Origin: Octopus vulgaris
Taxonomy: Eukaryota
Length of the DNA stretch: 64,000 nucleotides
NCBI GenBank assembly: GCA_951406725.2
Contig: OX597814.1
Location: 194,742,001 to 194,806,000 of the forward strand
Reading direction: 5' to 3'
Program-made: the position numbers and the translations under genes
Shown: positions 25,577 to 39,429 of the stretch, piece after piece
Layout: every line of letters starts with the position of its first letter
Position numbering within the stretch: the stretch's first letter is position 1
The notes under the pieces: generated by a model
What the model was told of the DNA's origin: nothing
The model's database searches: none
Seen by the model: only the letters and a program-made list of their open reading frames with translations

Positions 25577-26449
25577 TTCTCTGATATATCTCGACTGCAT
25601 GGTGAAATGTGTTGTATTTGACCTAAGTCGGTAGGTATCTGATTTGGGAGAGCTTTAGTTACAATTTCTAGGAGGAAAAGTGGCCATTTAAGGATTTCCC
25701 TATAAAAGTTATGGCTGTTGTGTCTCCGGTGAGATTAGAAATCATATCTTGCAGTATTTCGTTGCATTCTTTTACGTTCTCAGCTCATATTCTGTCGAGA
25801 TCGACTCTGTTCGTCAATTTCCAAGGGTGTGTGTAAAGGAGGGGAGGTGGACAATGAAGGAGCCTCTATGTAATTATTGACCAGCTAGAAATAGCAGCCA
25901 AATCTCTCTCAAATCACCACCCACTGACACATTATATAACCTAGCCTTAAATATCCCCCAAAATATGGGATGATCTGCTCAGTCAGTATTGACTTGGGTA
26001 AACAACAATTTTTCGGGTTCGTTAAAAACCCAGCTTAATGTTTACATCTCTAGGTCAGCCTGACCGAGTAACTCATGACCATCCGTCTTTTTTTTTTTTT
26101 TTTTTTTTTGCAGCTGCTTCTAGCCTGACGAGGGCAGGAACTAGGACGATGAACTCAACACAGGTGATGAAAGAGAGATGAGTGGATATGCATGTTAGTG
26201 CCTATGCTTGTTTAGAACACCCACCTCTATTTCTCTTCACATTTTGCTGTTCCAGAGTCACCAGGGTAGTTATACAACTCACACTTATTTAATTTTGCTT
26301 TTATGTCAAATATTAATAGAAACAAGTTTAAGACTGAAATTAACAATTACTCGACTTTTTGTTTTCGAAGAGTACATCCACTATAATAATATTCATGTGT
26401 TTTTCTCCGTCACAACAAGAGAATGAGAAAGGAAGGGGTGATGGCAAAC

Positions 26450-27370
26450 TGGTAGGGGGATGATGAAAAAAATCAAACAGCGTTTCAACTCTGAGTGAGT
26501 AAATGTGTGTGTGTATGTAAAATGGAGGTGTGTGTTTGCTCGCAATGTAAGTGGCATGGTGAGCATTCAATGCTGAAAAGAAAAATCAAACAGTGTTTCA
26601 ACTCTGTGGTTATATGTGTGTGTGCACGCGAAATGGAAGTGGGATGGTGAATATTCAGTGCTGAAAAGAAAAATCAAACAGCGTTTCAACTCTGTGTGAG
26701 TATATGTGTGTGTATGTAAAAAGGAAGTATGTGAATATATGTGTGTGTTATAGAAGTGGGATAGTGAACATTCAACGCTGAAAAGAAAAATCAAACAGCA
26801 TTTCAACTCTGTGTGGGTATATGTGTGTGTATGTAAAAAAGGAGGTATGTGAACATGTGTGTGTGTGCATGCGCAATGGAGGTGGGATGATGAATATTCA
26901 GTGCTGAAAAGAAAAATCAAACAGTGTTTCAACTCTGTGTGAGTATATGTGTGTGTATGTAAAAAGGAAGTATGTGAATGTGTGTGTGTGTTTAAAAGAA
27001 GTGGGATAGTGAACATTCAATGCTGAAAAGAAAGATCAAACAGCGTTTCAACTCTGTGTGGCTATATGTATATGTATGTAAAAAAGGAGGTGTGTGCGTG
27101 CAATGGAAGTGGGATGGTGAACATTAAACGGCGAAAAGAAAAATCAAACAGCGTTTCAACTCTGTGTGGGTATATGTGTGTGTATGTAAAAAAGGAGGTA
27201 TGTGAACATTGTGTATGTGTGTGTGTGTGTGTGTATGTGTGTGCAATGGAAGTAAGATGGTGAACATTCAACACTGAAAAGAAAAATCAAACAGTGTTTC
27301 AACTGTGTGTGAATATATATATGTATGTTTGTGTGTGCGTGTACAAGGGAAGTATGTGAATGTTTGTATA
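26450..27370. repeat. Minisatellite of about 8 units of 100-140 bp, probably inside a Helitron-like element ending CTAGT at about 27550
   Basis: Recurring GCTGAAAAGAAAAATCAAACAG(C/T)GTTTCAACTCTGTG followed by a (TG)-rich spacer. Confidence 0.85.
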
Positions 27371-27613
27371 TGTGAACCAGTGTTCTTTCAGTATCAAACA
27401 ATGATCTATGTCACATCTCAAAATACAACCACCAGATAACATTGACAAATGTATTAATTTGAATTACCATCCATATTCTATCTTTTGTTCTTATTTATAT
27501 ATAAAATACTATAATTAGCCATCATTTTTGATGGCACGGGAACAGCTAGTATTTAATAATGTTTTACAAGTGGAATGACAATAACTTCAAAGTTTTGGCT
27601 TGCATTGTTATGT

Positions 27614-28178
27614 ATATATGAGCAAAACGCCCGCCGTCCAATGGGCGGTGCTGAGTTGTCAAACATTTAAACCAAATTTTCTCAAAGCAACTTGCCCGAC
27701 CATCCTATAGGCCTTCCTTTTGAGAAACAGTGATTTAACAAAAATTTGAGACACCAGCAAAAGAAGAAATAAAGATAAACTTTTCTTCTGTTCCAAAGAA
27801 AAACGATTTTATTCACACAAATATGCAACCAAAGAGTTTAAAGTACCAGTAATGATAAGGCTGTTGACTGGGAGAACACAAACATGGTTTAAACAATAAG
27901 CTTGGCAGGAAAGAAACGTGCCTTTAAGCAGTACAAAAACAACAAAAAATGGAAGGTGCAGTAATGTACAGGTTGACGGAAAAAAAGCATGACAAAAATG
28001 GCTTTATCTATCGCATTCTCACTTGGAATCGATTTTTGTAATTTTTTCAAGACTTATACATGCCCTGATACCGTCGGTATCTACATATCAAATTTGAGCG
28101 CAATCGGATGGAGGATGCCCGAGATCCGAAAAGACACACACACAGACAGACAGACAGAACGGATTTTATATAAGAGAT
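27614..28178. mobile_element. Interspersed repeat with (GACA)n, Helentron/DINE-like; related pieces at 55140-55330 and 58060-58200 in opposite orientation
   Basis: Shared GACTTATACA.GCCCTGATACCGTC.GTATCTACATATCAAAT and GCTGAGTTGTCAAACATTTAAA blocks. The class is inferred. Confidence 0.5.
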
Positions 28179-30920
28179 TAGTTCAATGCTTAAAATGTTT
28201 TTTAACTACTGCCTTATTCCCTTCACTCATGCTTTTTCAATGCCCCTAGCTAAGTTCCAACAAAATTAAATAGACCACAAAAATTTTCCACTGACAGATT
28301 GATCACAATTGAAATACAAGACATACTTTCATTAATATAATTTGGAATGTTAGAACATTTCGACAAGATAGACAAAATCAGAGCAATCAAAGATGTGTTT
28401 ATTACATTATGAATGTTTCCTTTGTCCTCATCACTCATATGAAAAAAATTTTCTGTCCAATTTAAGAAGGACTGCACTTATATGTCAGTAAGCAGTGAAT
28501 ATAACTTATTAAACTATCTTCACTTGAAGTAACAAAAATTAAACTTTTGGGGGAAAAAAAAAACCGAGCACCCTGAAATATAAAAAAATATTAAACTATT
28601 TTTTCTTTAATAAATTATTCTTTGTCTTGTCCTTGCAGAAATATGTTATGTTAGAGTCACTGAAATTAAGATAGTGAGCTTTAAAAAGTTAATTAGAAAT
28701 AATTATGGGATGAGTTTAAAAATAAATATTCCTTAATGACTAATGATGTTTTAATTATTCCGTCAAGTAAGGGAAACAATTCCACATAACTTTCAGTTTA
28801 ATTAGACAACTAATCCTTTTTACTCTAGGCAAGAAAGCTTGAAATTTGGGGGGAGGGGACCAGTCGATTTGATTGACCCCAGTATGCAACTGGTACTTAA
28901 TTTATGGACCCTGAAAGGATGAAAGGCATTGTGGTCCACCTATCGTGCACTCAGTACACATGCTAGAAATAACTACCAATCTCACACTCTGTTGTCTTGG
29001 ACACATTGCATAATTTGGTCCTGTGAAAACGATGGGATGGTCATGGCTGTAACGACTTTGCTCATAAAACAATTCAATCAAAGCTAACTTTGGGCTAAAT
29101 AAACACTAAGAAGCCGATGAAGAGGGGCATTACTCCGAATCTTTAACCTGCAAGAAATTGCAGCCAAATCCTCTAATCTGAATACAGTATATCTTTTATC
29201 TGTTTCAGTCTTTGGGTTGTGGCCATACTGCAGCAGCACATTTGAAGGGTTTAGTTGAAAGACTTGAGCTCAATACTTACATTTTAAGTCTGGTATTTAT
29301 TCTATTAGTCTCTGTTGCTAACTATTAGGTTACAGGAACATAAACAAACCCACACCAGTTGTCAAGTGTATGTGTGTATGTAAACAATACAAACACAGTA
29401 ACACACGTAGATATGTACACATAATTATATACATATATATACATATACACACACACACATATATACATACATATATGCAGGCGTGGCTCTATGGTAAGTA
29501 ACTTGCTTCCCAACCACATGGTTCTGGGTTCAGTCCCACTGCGTGGCACCTTGGTCAAGTGTCTTCTACTATAGCCTCAGGCCGACCAGAGCCTTGTGAG
29601 TGGATTTGGTAGATGGAAACTGAAAGAAGCCCATCATATATATATATATACACATATATATATAAGTAAGTATCTTTGTGTCTGTGTTTGTCCTCCCCCA
29701 CCATCACTTGACAACTGACGTTGGAGGGCTTATGGCACTGCAACTTAGTGGTTCAGCAAAAAAGAGTGATAGAATAAGTACCAGGCTTACAAAGAATAAG
29801 TTCAGGGGTCGATTTCTTTGACTAAAAGGCGGTGCTTCAGCATGGCCACAGTCAAACAACTGAAACAAATAAAAGAATGCACATATACACACACAAATAT
29901 ATATGATGGTCTTCTATCAGTTTCAGCTACCAAAACCCACACACAAGGTTTTACCTAGGGCTATAGAAGAAGACACTTGCCCAATGTACCATGCAGTGGG
30001 ATTGAACCCAAGATCACATGGTTGTGAAGCAAGCTTCTTGTCCACACAGCCATGCTTCTGCTTATAACCACAACCAAAAAACAAAAGACATGATGGCTTT
30101 GATTATAGGTCTACTTAGTGTTAAGCTAGAGTAAATATTCATTTCTACTTTAACCCTTTCATTACTAACCCGGCTGAAACTGGCTCTGGCTCTGTAGTAT
30201 AAATGTCTTGTTTTCATTAGTTTTTCATTAAAATTTACCACAAAACGTTAGCCACAATTTATGTTCCTAACATCAAATTAATGATAACTAAGTTATTTTA
30301 CTAAGTTCTTTGTTATATTTAAAAGTAATTGAAAGAAACACAGAGCATCTCAAAATAAATACAGTAACAAAAGGGTTAAGCATAAGACTTGAAATTTGGG
30401 GGGAGGGGGTAAGTTCATTACATCGACCCCCAATATTCAACTGGTACTTATTTCATCAGCTCCAAAAGGATGAAAGGCAAAGTCAACCTTTGCAGAATTA
30501 GAACTCAAAATATACAGGCAAATGACATGCCAGTAAGTATTTTACCTGTTATGCTAATGACCCGGTCAGCTTGCCACTTTTGAGTATGTGTCATGATTAC
30601 CAAAAGAAATCAATAATGACAAACATCCAATGTGATCGCCTCAACTGCTATAATCAGTTATACAAATACAGTATAATTGAATGTTGTCAGGCGCTGGAGT
30701 GGCTGTGTGGTTAAGAAGTTTGCTTCCCAAGCACATGGTTCAAGGTTCAGTCTCTGTGTGTTGCATCTTGGGCAAATGTCTTTTACTAGAAGTTTGCCAT
30801 TCCAGGCCAGCCAATGCCTTGTGAATGGATTTGGGAGATGGAAACTAAAAGAAGCCCTGTGTGTGTGTGTGTGCATTCGTCCTTGTGTTTGTTCCTCCCT
30901 GCTACCCCCACTGCTTGACA

Positions 30921-32694
30921 TCTATCCCTAGTTTCCTCATTGACCACCAGATAAGGGATCAGGGGACCCTGTCAAAGGCTTTCTCCATGTCAATGAAAGC
31001 CAGGTACAGGGGCTTATCTTTGGCTAGGTATTTCTCCTGCAGCTGTCTTACCAGAAATATAGCATCAGTGGTGCTTTTCCCTAGCATGAAACCAAACTGA
31101 CTCTCTCCCTAATTAGTTGGGCTATGACCCTCTCCGTGATCTTCATTACCTGATCCAACAGCTTGATACCTCTGTAATTATTTGTATCTAAAGCGTCACC
31201 TTTACCTTTGTAGCAGTTGACTATTATGCTGCTACACCAGGTCATTGGGTATGACTCCTTTGTGTATCACCCGGTTAATTATACGGGTGACTAGGCTATA
31301 GCCAACACTGCCAGATATTTTCAGCATCTCTACAGTAATTCCTGATGGGTCGGGGGATTTCCCTGTCTTCATACTTTTAATTGCTTTATCTACCAAGGTA
31401 CTGTCAACTCGGATAGCTGGTCCCTCTGTTGGGTCAACATTCGGCAGACTCTCTTTCTCCCATTCATTTTCTTTATTCAACAACCTTTCATAGTGGTGTC
31501 TCCAAACCTCTCTCTTTGCAGCCCCATTTAGCACAAGAGAACCATCATCTATGCGGACACATTTCTCTCCTACAACATCAGGATTCTCTCTCACACACTG
31601 TCTTGCAACACAAAATACCTCAAGTCTTTGATCCTCATGGCGCAGAACATTGTCAAATTTTTTCTTATCTGCTTCCCCTCTGGCTAAATAAACCTGTCTC
31701 CTAGCTTCTCTTCTGGCAGTCTGATACAATTCCCAGCTACCACCGTTCTTCCAGTCCTTCCAAGCCTGTCTTTTTTCTCTAATAGCCTTGTCTACAACAT
31801 TGTTCCACCACCACGTTATTTTGGGTCGAGAGGGGACTTTGCACCATCCACATATCTGGTCAGTGGCTCTCAGCAGGTTGTCCCGTAGAAACCTCCAGTT
31901 GTCTTCTACACCATGTGAAGCTATATCCCCTTCTATTTTGTCAAAGGCTTCGAGTAATATGTCTCTAAATCTCTGTCTTTTCGCATGATCTTTAAGCTTC
32001 CAGACCCTTCTTCTCCATGTTGGTCACCTTCTGGGCGTCCACTTAGACCTAATCCTAAAGTCACTAACTACCAGTCTATGTTGTGGGGTATATTCTTCGC
32101 CTGGGAAGGTTTTGGCAATTATAAGCAGCCATCTTTCCCTTTTTCTGGCAAGAATATAGTCAATTTGGCTAGTATATCGGCCCGATCGGTAGGTGACTAG
32201 GTGACTGGTAGGTTTCCTGAAGTTAGTATTGCAAACCATAAGATCATTTGCATCGCAGAACTCCAGCAGCCTGGTTCCTCCTCATTGCGGGAACCATAAC
32301 CGTAGCCTCCATGTACGCCATGGAAGCCCCCTGTATGTTGTCCAACATGTCCATTGAAGTCACCAGCCACAAAGAGAAGGTCCCTGTCGTTCATCAATGA
32401 AGTAGTCTGCAGTAGGGTGTCATAGAATCGATCTTTCTGTCCATTGGGTAGCCCCGGCTGAGGGGTATAGGCCGATATAATGGTTGCTAACCCATGGTAA
32501 AGCACTAATATAATCTTAAGTATTCTGTCGCATACTCTGACTACTGCAATTACCTTATCTACCAATTTTTCAGCAAGAAGTATATACACTCCCCCGACCC
32601 TGGAAGTGTTCCCCACCCAGAAAATCTTGTACCTGTGTTCTTTGCCTGTGAGGAACCTAGCAGGACCTCCTCTCCACCTTACTTCTTGGATGCA
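30921..32694 (-). mobile_element. Degenerate RTE-clade LINE (AP endonuclease through start of RT)
   Basis: Frameshifted ORF pieces carry APE motifs IQEVRW, GDFNGHVG, SQIDYIL and QHRLVV, then RT motifs KSPDPSGI and STTDAIF...FIDMEKAFDRVP. Confidence 0.9.
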
Positions 32695-34159
32695 ATCCTT
32701 TCTACTATAGGCATAAGGCCTGGATTTTGTGGGGATGTGGAGAGTCAATCACATCGACCCCAGTACTCAACTGGTACTTAATTTATTGACCCCCCCACCG
32801 AAAGGATGAAAGGCAAAGTTGACCTTGGTGGAACTTCAACTCAGAATGTAGCGACAAGTGCAATACCTATTTCCTTACTACCCACAAGGAGCTAAACACA
32901 GAGAGTACAAACAAGGACAGACAAACGGATTAAGTCGATTACATTGACCCCAGTGTGTAACTGGTACTTATTTAATCGACCCTGGAAGGATGAAAGGCAA
33001 AGTCTACCTCGGCGGAATTTGAACTTGGAATGTAGCGGCAGGCGAAATACCATTGAGCATTTCGCCCAGCATGCTAACGATTCTGTCAGCTCGCCAATCC
33101 TTTCAACTATAGGCACAAGGCCTGAAATTTGGAAGAAGAAGAAGTCAGTTGATTATATCAACTCTAGTATGCAACTGGTATGTATTTCATTGACCTAGAA
33201 AAGAATTTGAACTCAGAACTGAAAGATAGATGAAATGCCTATTTCTTTACTACCCACAAGGGGCTAAACACAGAGGAGACAAACAAGGACAGATAGCCGG
33301 ATTATGTCGATTATATCGACCCCAGTGAGTAACTGGTACTTATTTAATCGACCCCAAATGGATGAAAGGCAAAGTCGACCTCGGCGGAATTTGAACTCAC
33401 AACGTAAAGACAGACGAAATACGGCCACGCATTTCGCCTGGCGTGCTAACGGTTCTGCCAGCTCGCTGCCTTTATAGATAGATGAAATGCCACTAAGCAT
33501 TTTGTCCGGTGTGCTAACAAATATATATAAGGAGTCCAAATAACCCTTTCATCATCACCATTTTACGTCTCTATTTTATTCCATGTCTGCATCTTCTACC
33601 ATTTTTGTGTGGTTCAGCTTCCTGAGATTATCTTCCACCATTTCCTCCCATGAAATTTTGTCATCCTCTTCCAAAAATGTCTACCTTTAACTTTGCTGAC
33701 CATCATCACATGGTCAGTCTTTTCTCTTGCAAACTATATCTAATTCCTCTTACACACTGTTCTTCTCTGACTCATTTGTGATCAGTCTCTGAAGAAACCC
33801 CAGCACATAATTGAAACTAGAACCAGATGATCCCTCTTTTCCTGTCTACGTAGACAATGCTGGTTAAAATTAACAGAGTCCTTGTTTTTTTGTATCGTCT
33901 ATCTGGATGTTTTGTTGTCCCTTTTTGTATCACCTAGTTGTCCCGGTGTTTTGCGTTCTTGTCCCATTTTGTATTATATATATATATATATCTTTTAAAT
34001 TTGTTGACGGGAAATATGCAAATAAAATTCCTATTCCATTATGCTGGCTACATCTAATGATGCTGATTGGTGAACCAGTAGATGTGACATATATATCACA
34101 TCTACATACTTCGTATGTCGATAAATACATTGTAATATACAGATTCATATGTGCATACG

Positions 34160-34327
34160 TACTCGCACACACAAATATATATACACACACACACACACAA
34201 ATATATACACACACACACACACAAATATATACACACACACACACAAATATACACACACACGCACACACAAATATATATACACACACACACATATATACAC
34301 ACACACACATACACACACACATATACA

Positions 34328-34375
<48 letters not shown>

Positions 34376-34415
34376 CATACATACACGCAGATGCATATAT
34401 ATACACACACACAAA
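34160..34415. repeat. Compound (CA)n/(TA)n microsatellite
   Basis: Direct read; the source of several spurious H/T and C/V ORFs. Confidence 0.95.
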
Positions 34416-35036
34416 TAGTTACATAAGCAAGCGTACAAATACAAGTGTGTGTGTGTGATTTCAAAATGTCAGAAAAATGAAAATGAACAACATAAAAAGG
34501 AAATAAAAACTGAATGAAGAATTAAAGTATATTAAACACGGATATATATATATATATATTACTCCTGAATATCTAATGGGAACAAACATGTAGTTTAATA
34601 AATTCCACTGCCACAGGCACAAACATAACTTGTGCTAAAGCAGTATTATTCAAGTTTTGTATTAAAATGCCATTTCCATTCTATCAACTTGAAGAAAATA
34701 AGGAAGTTAAGTAAACGAAATAATTTTTCTGCTCAATGCCATTAATCTGTCTTGAGACCAATCCGTCTGAGATAGAGCCTGGTTCGATGACACAGTCAAA
34801 TGCCTAGCAGACTTCGAAATAAGATATACAAACATATATATATATAAACGAATTGGACAGCCATGAAACGATCGTAGTGTTTTACTCATTATCTTTTATT
34901 AAACTTTTAATACTTTTGATATATATTTAAAATATTATAAATTAATTAATTTTATGTATTGGATTATGTTTTTCATTGTTTGATTTGCCTAATAGTGGTT
35001 TTATCTCTAATTTAATATATATATATATACATATAT

Positions 35037-35422
35037 AAATAATGTGGCGATGTTTCGATTATATTTGATGCATAGAAATAATATTTAGTATTCTAGTATT
35101 CAATAGAAATGCTTTGCGCAGTTTTTGATGATGTAACCCGTTTTGACATCTTACAAGTGTCCACAGAGATGTGTCTACCCTTGAGATGCCTGTGTATTAA
35201 TATATTTGTGATCTTTATAATGCACCACACACAAATATATATCGTATTTTTTATATGATCTTTATATATATATATATATATATAAATAAAGATCGTGGAC
35301 ACTTGTAAGACGTCAAAACGGGTTACATCATCAAAAACTGCGCAAAGCATTTCTATTGAATACTAGAATACTAAATATTATTTCTATGCATCAAATATAA
35401 TCGAAACATCGCCACATTATTT
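35037..35422. repeat. 128-bp near-perfect inverted repeat with 130-bp spacer
   Basis: 35037-35164 is the reverse complement of 35295-35422, with one mismatch seen (GACATC vs GACGTC). Confidence 0.9.
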
Positions 35423-35538
35423 TGCTTCCAGAAAGAAAAAAACTTTCAAAATTACGATGTCTATTTACCTTTGAGATGTGTGAGTGTGTGTGTGTGTATG
35501 ATGCAGTTAAATATGTCCGGTCATAGAGTGACCAGTGG

Positions 35539-35599
<61 letters not shown>

Positions 35600-35975
35600 T
35601 ACATACATATTTTAAGCACTATTTTCCTGTTTATACAAACAAATTTGTACACACGCACACACACACACGTACATACATATTTAATTGTTTGTGTGTAAAG
35701 ACCACACACAAAAACACAATATACATGCATAAAAAAACCCCACTGCATGCATATATTTTATAGAAACTGTCAATATGTAACCTGCAAACGGGTTGCAATG
35801 TAAACCCAGTGTGAAGAATAATTTATCTAACATTAATAATGATAGACGACAAATTTAACCTCGTCTCAAATTTTACCGCATTGCTGATAGTAAACAACAA
35901 TAATGCTAATAACAATTGAATTATATTATAAATCAATTCGTAAGAGGCAATGATATTCCAAATAATAATACTTAC

Positions 35976-36360
35976 TTCTAGAGTTCCCTTGATGAATTTC
36001 ATTTAATAAATTCATTGAAGTTTTCAAAATAAGGCAATGTTAGTGATATTCGTTTCTGCTATCTTCTGTGATGGTTGAGAGATAAAATAGCTCACAGGTT
36101 TGAATGATGAACATCTCACCGGTTAAATAATACCTATTTCGTTTCTTTTTTGTGTACAATGCTATAAAAATTTAGTAGTCATGTTTTCTATGAGTACAGC
36201 GATGAGAAATCTCTTAATCGTAAACAGTCACAAGTTCTGCACACGCACCTGCGAACTGTCCCTTCATCTGAACTTATGCAACAGTAACGAGTTAATTACT
36301 TCCCTTGATATATACACTCTACTTAATTGCCTTCGTATCGTGACGGAAATAGCAGACAGA
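35976..36360 (-). promoter_or_regulatory. Possible first exon/promoter region of the GPCPD1-like gene
   Basis: Consensus donor GAA|gtaagta at 35975 in unique sequence where CpGs appear retained by eye. The upstream boundary is a guess. Confidence 0.25.
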
Positions 36361-37875
36361 AATGGTTATATGCTTCAACAAAACCAATAAACTAGCTACT
36401 AGATATGTTAGAAATAACAGCCAAATTTTCCTCAAAGAATACAAACATCCCCCACTGCCTTATGGAAGCTTCATGTTCCACTAAACCTCGAAATAACTTT
36501 TCGGAACGTGAAACGTATTTTCCAACTGACATATATGTTAACAGAAGTGAATATGTAAATAGGTTTGCCTAATGTTTTCAAGAAAATTTTTTGCTATAGG
36601 CACAAGGCTCAAAACTTGGGGTGGGGGGGCAGTCAATTACATCGACTCCAATACGCAACTGGTACTTAATTTATCGACCCCGAAGGGACGAAAGGCAAAG
36701 TCGACTTCGGCGGAATTTGAACTCAGAACGTAAAAGCAGACGAAATACCACTAAGCATTTCGCCTGATGTACTAACGTTTCTTATTTCTTTATAGCCTAC
36801 AAGGGGCTAAACATAGAGGGGACAAACGAAGACAGACAAAGGGATTAAGTCGACTACATCGACTCCAGTGCATAACTGGTACTTAATTTATCGACTCAGA
36901 AAGGATGAAAGGCAAAGTCGACCTCGGCGGAGTTTTGAACTCAGAACGTAACGGCAGATGAAGTATCGCTGAGCATTTTGCCTGATGTGCTAACGTTTCT
37001 GCCAGTTCGTCGCCTTCTAATGTTTTCAAGAATGCGGAGGAAGCTTATAGTTGAAAATAAATCATTCTTTTCATTTCTTTTTATTGGATTCAGCGAGTCA
37101 TTAAATTACAGCTGTAGTGGGGCACCACAGCCAAAGCTTTTAGTCGATATTATCAACCTAGTATTTATTTTGTAATCTGGTATTTTCTATCGATCTGTTT
37201 TTATCGAAACTAAGCTATAGCAAAAGTTATTGTTGTTATTCTTCTTCTTCTTCTTCCAATCAGGACTCATGCCATTAGCCACAAAGAATAATCTCTAATT
37301 CGAGCCTACTCTAAGCTACTAAGAATGCGTGTGGCAACTTGAAGATCCACCCACCACACGCGATAGACTTGGCAGTTGCACGGGCTCGGAAGCTACATTG
37401 TTACCTTCATTCCGTAAACGGTGGCTTTTAAAGGGTGGAGAGCTGAACCATTCTGGGGTACAGAGGATTCGCAATCTAGACTAGGGTCTGAAAGTTTACC
37501 ACACCATAGTGGGTTACACCATGGTTCCTCTGCTTTGTGGCAGAAGTCGGAAGAAAGAGTGAGAGAAAGTTGTGGTGAAAGAGTACAGCGGGGTTCACCA
37601 CCTCCGCCAGAACCTCATGGAGTTTAGGTGTTTATGCTCAGTAAACACTCGCAATGCTCAATCTGGGAATCGAAACCACGTTCTTACGACTGCGAGTTCG
37701 CTGCCCTAACCACTGGACCATTGCGCCTCCACAGCAGAAGTTCTCATCTAAGTTACCACGCTGGGAGATTGAACCTGGAATCACAGAACCATACCTGCGA
37801 CTACATTTGGACAGGGATAAATAAGTGGAGTAGTCCCAATTGGAACGCATTTGATCATGAACCTGTTCAAACAGT

Positions 37876-38760
37876 ATTGTTCTATATTTTAGAGATGAGG
37901 TACTTGTACATTATTTACATTATTTACATTGGATGGATATGTGTCCTCATCTTGTTTGTTGTCACCACAACATTTCGGCTAATTTACTCTCCAGCCTTTA
38001 TCAGGTGTCCTGGTAGAATTTTGAACCCAACTCTTTGTTCAAGCTAAGTAACAGTCTATTAAGCAACAAATGCCCCAAAAAACATGCTATCCACTCCAAT
38101 TATGAAGAGTAGAGAGGATGAAACCCATAAACTGACCACAGTCTATCTACCCTATGTGAAAAGCCTCTCGGAAAAGATACAAAAGATATGCAATCCATAT
38201 GACATCAGGATGGTATTCAAGAGTAATACTACACTTTGCAAATATCTCCTTCGAATAAAACCACCAATAGAAGAGAATATGACCAAAGGCTGCGCGTATT
38301 CCGTCTCATGCAGTTGTGGTAGGTTATACAAAAGCGAAACATGTCGCCAACTCAAAATAAGGGCAGAGGAACATCATAAAGCTGTAACACAAGATGTTGA
38401 AAAAGCAGGTATAGCTGACCATGTATGGAAAAGCGGAGATCACCTTCCCCTGTGGGATCAAGTTAAAATAATAGACAGAGAACACCACTGGAAAATACAT
38501 AAACTAAAAGAGGCAGCACATATGCAAGGACACAATAACCTCCTAAGCAGACCTAGTGCAGATATGAGTAGAATATGGGAAGTGGTATTAAGGAAGGATA
38601 CAAAAATTTTAGGTTTATAAATCCTGAAATTCACTCTATAATTGCCCGTGGGCATATAGCGTAATGGTTAAGAGCGCTAACCCCAAGATTCTGAGTTTAA
38701 TTCCAGGCAGTGCCTGGAATAAATAATAATAATAATAACAACAACAACAACAACAACAAC

Positions 38761-38801
<41 letters not shown>

Positions 38802-39429
38802 TGATGATGATAATAAAGAGAAATTAAGGCCAACAGACCAGATATATTTGTCAGAGATCATGAAGAAAAAAATACTTTCTAATTGATGTATCAATACCAG
38901 CAGATGACAACGTGTCTCTAAAAGAAATGGAGAAACTCTCAAAATACAAAGACCTGGAAATAGAGGTAACTAGAATGTGGAATCTGAAAACAGAAACAAT
39001 TTCTATCATAGTAAGTGCATTAGACATGATAAAAAAATATTCAGACAAATACATAACAAAAACACCAGGACTTACAAACACATATAACATACAGAAAATT
39101 GCACTACTAGGCACTGCACACATCCTACACAGAACACTTTCCATACAATAACCATCAGAGCATCACAACAAATCACAGCACATACCCAAGGCACACAGCT
39201 GCGCTCGGTAGTGAAGTGAAAGCACGCTATAAAAATAAAACTACTGAATAATAATAATAATAATAATGATAATAACATCAGCAAAAAAAAAAAGAATGAG
39301 AACCCAAGGCTAGGTTCAAAATTCCTACAAGGACACATGAGGAAGGCTGGAGAGTAAATCAGCCGAAATGTTGTGGTAACAACAAACAAGATGAGGACAA
39401 ATATCCGTCCAATGTAAATAATGTAAATA
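37876..39429 (+). mobile_element. 5'-truncated Penelope-like retroelement with inverted pseudo-LTRs and GIY-YIG remnant
   Basis: ORF 38084-38620 (VYLPYVK...GCAYSVSCSCGRLYKSET.R.LK.R.EEH...IADHVW...KLKEA) is a decayed GIY-YIG domain. 37909-38030 and 39310-39429 are inverted copies. A 13-bp flanking duplication CTGTTCAAACAGT lies at 37863-37875 and 39430-39442. Confidence 0.85.
38813..39247 (+). mobile_element. R4/Dong-like LINE 3' fragment (restriction-like endonuclease) within (TAA)n
   Basis: Encodes RPDI...LIDVSIPAD.NV..KE.EK..KY.DL...IQKIALLGTAHIL and is flanked by TAA repeats on both sides. Confidence 0.8.

Noticed and set aside
28250-28477. 75-aa ORF in unique AT-rich sequence
   Set aside because: No motif or splice support; the length is within chance expectation.
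33907-34464. Longest ORFs in the track (His/Thr- and Cys/Val-rich)
   Set aside because: Translations of (CA)n/(TA)n microsatellite. The same applies to ORFs at 6-443, 23819, 35391-35748 and 54950-55385.
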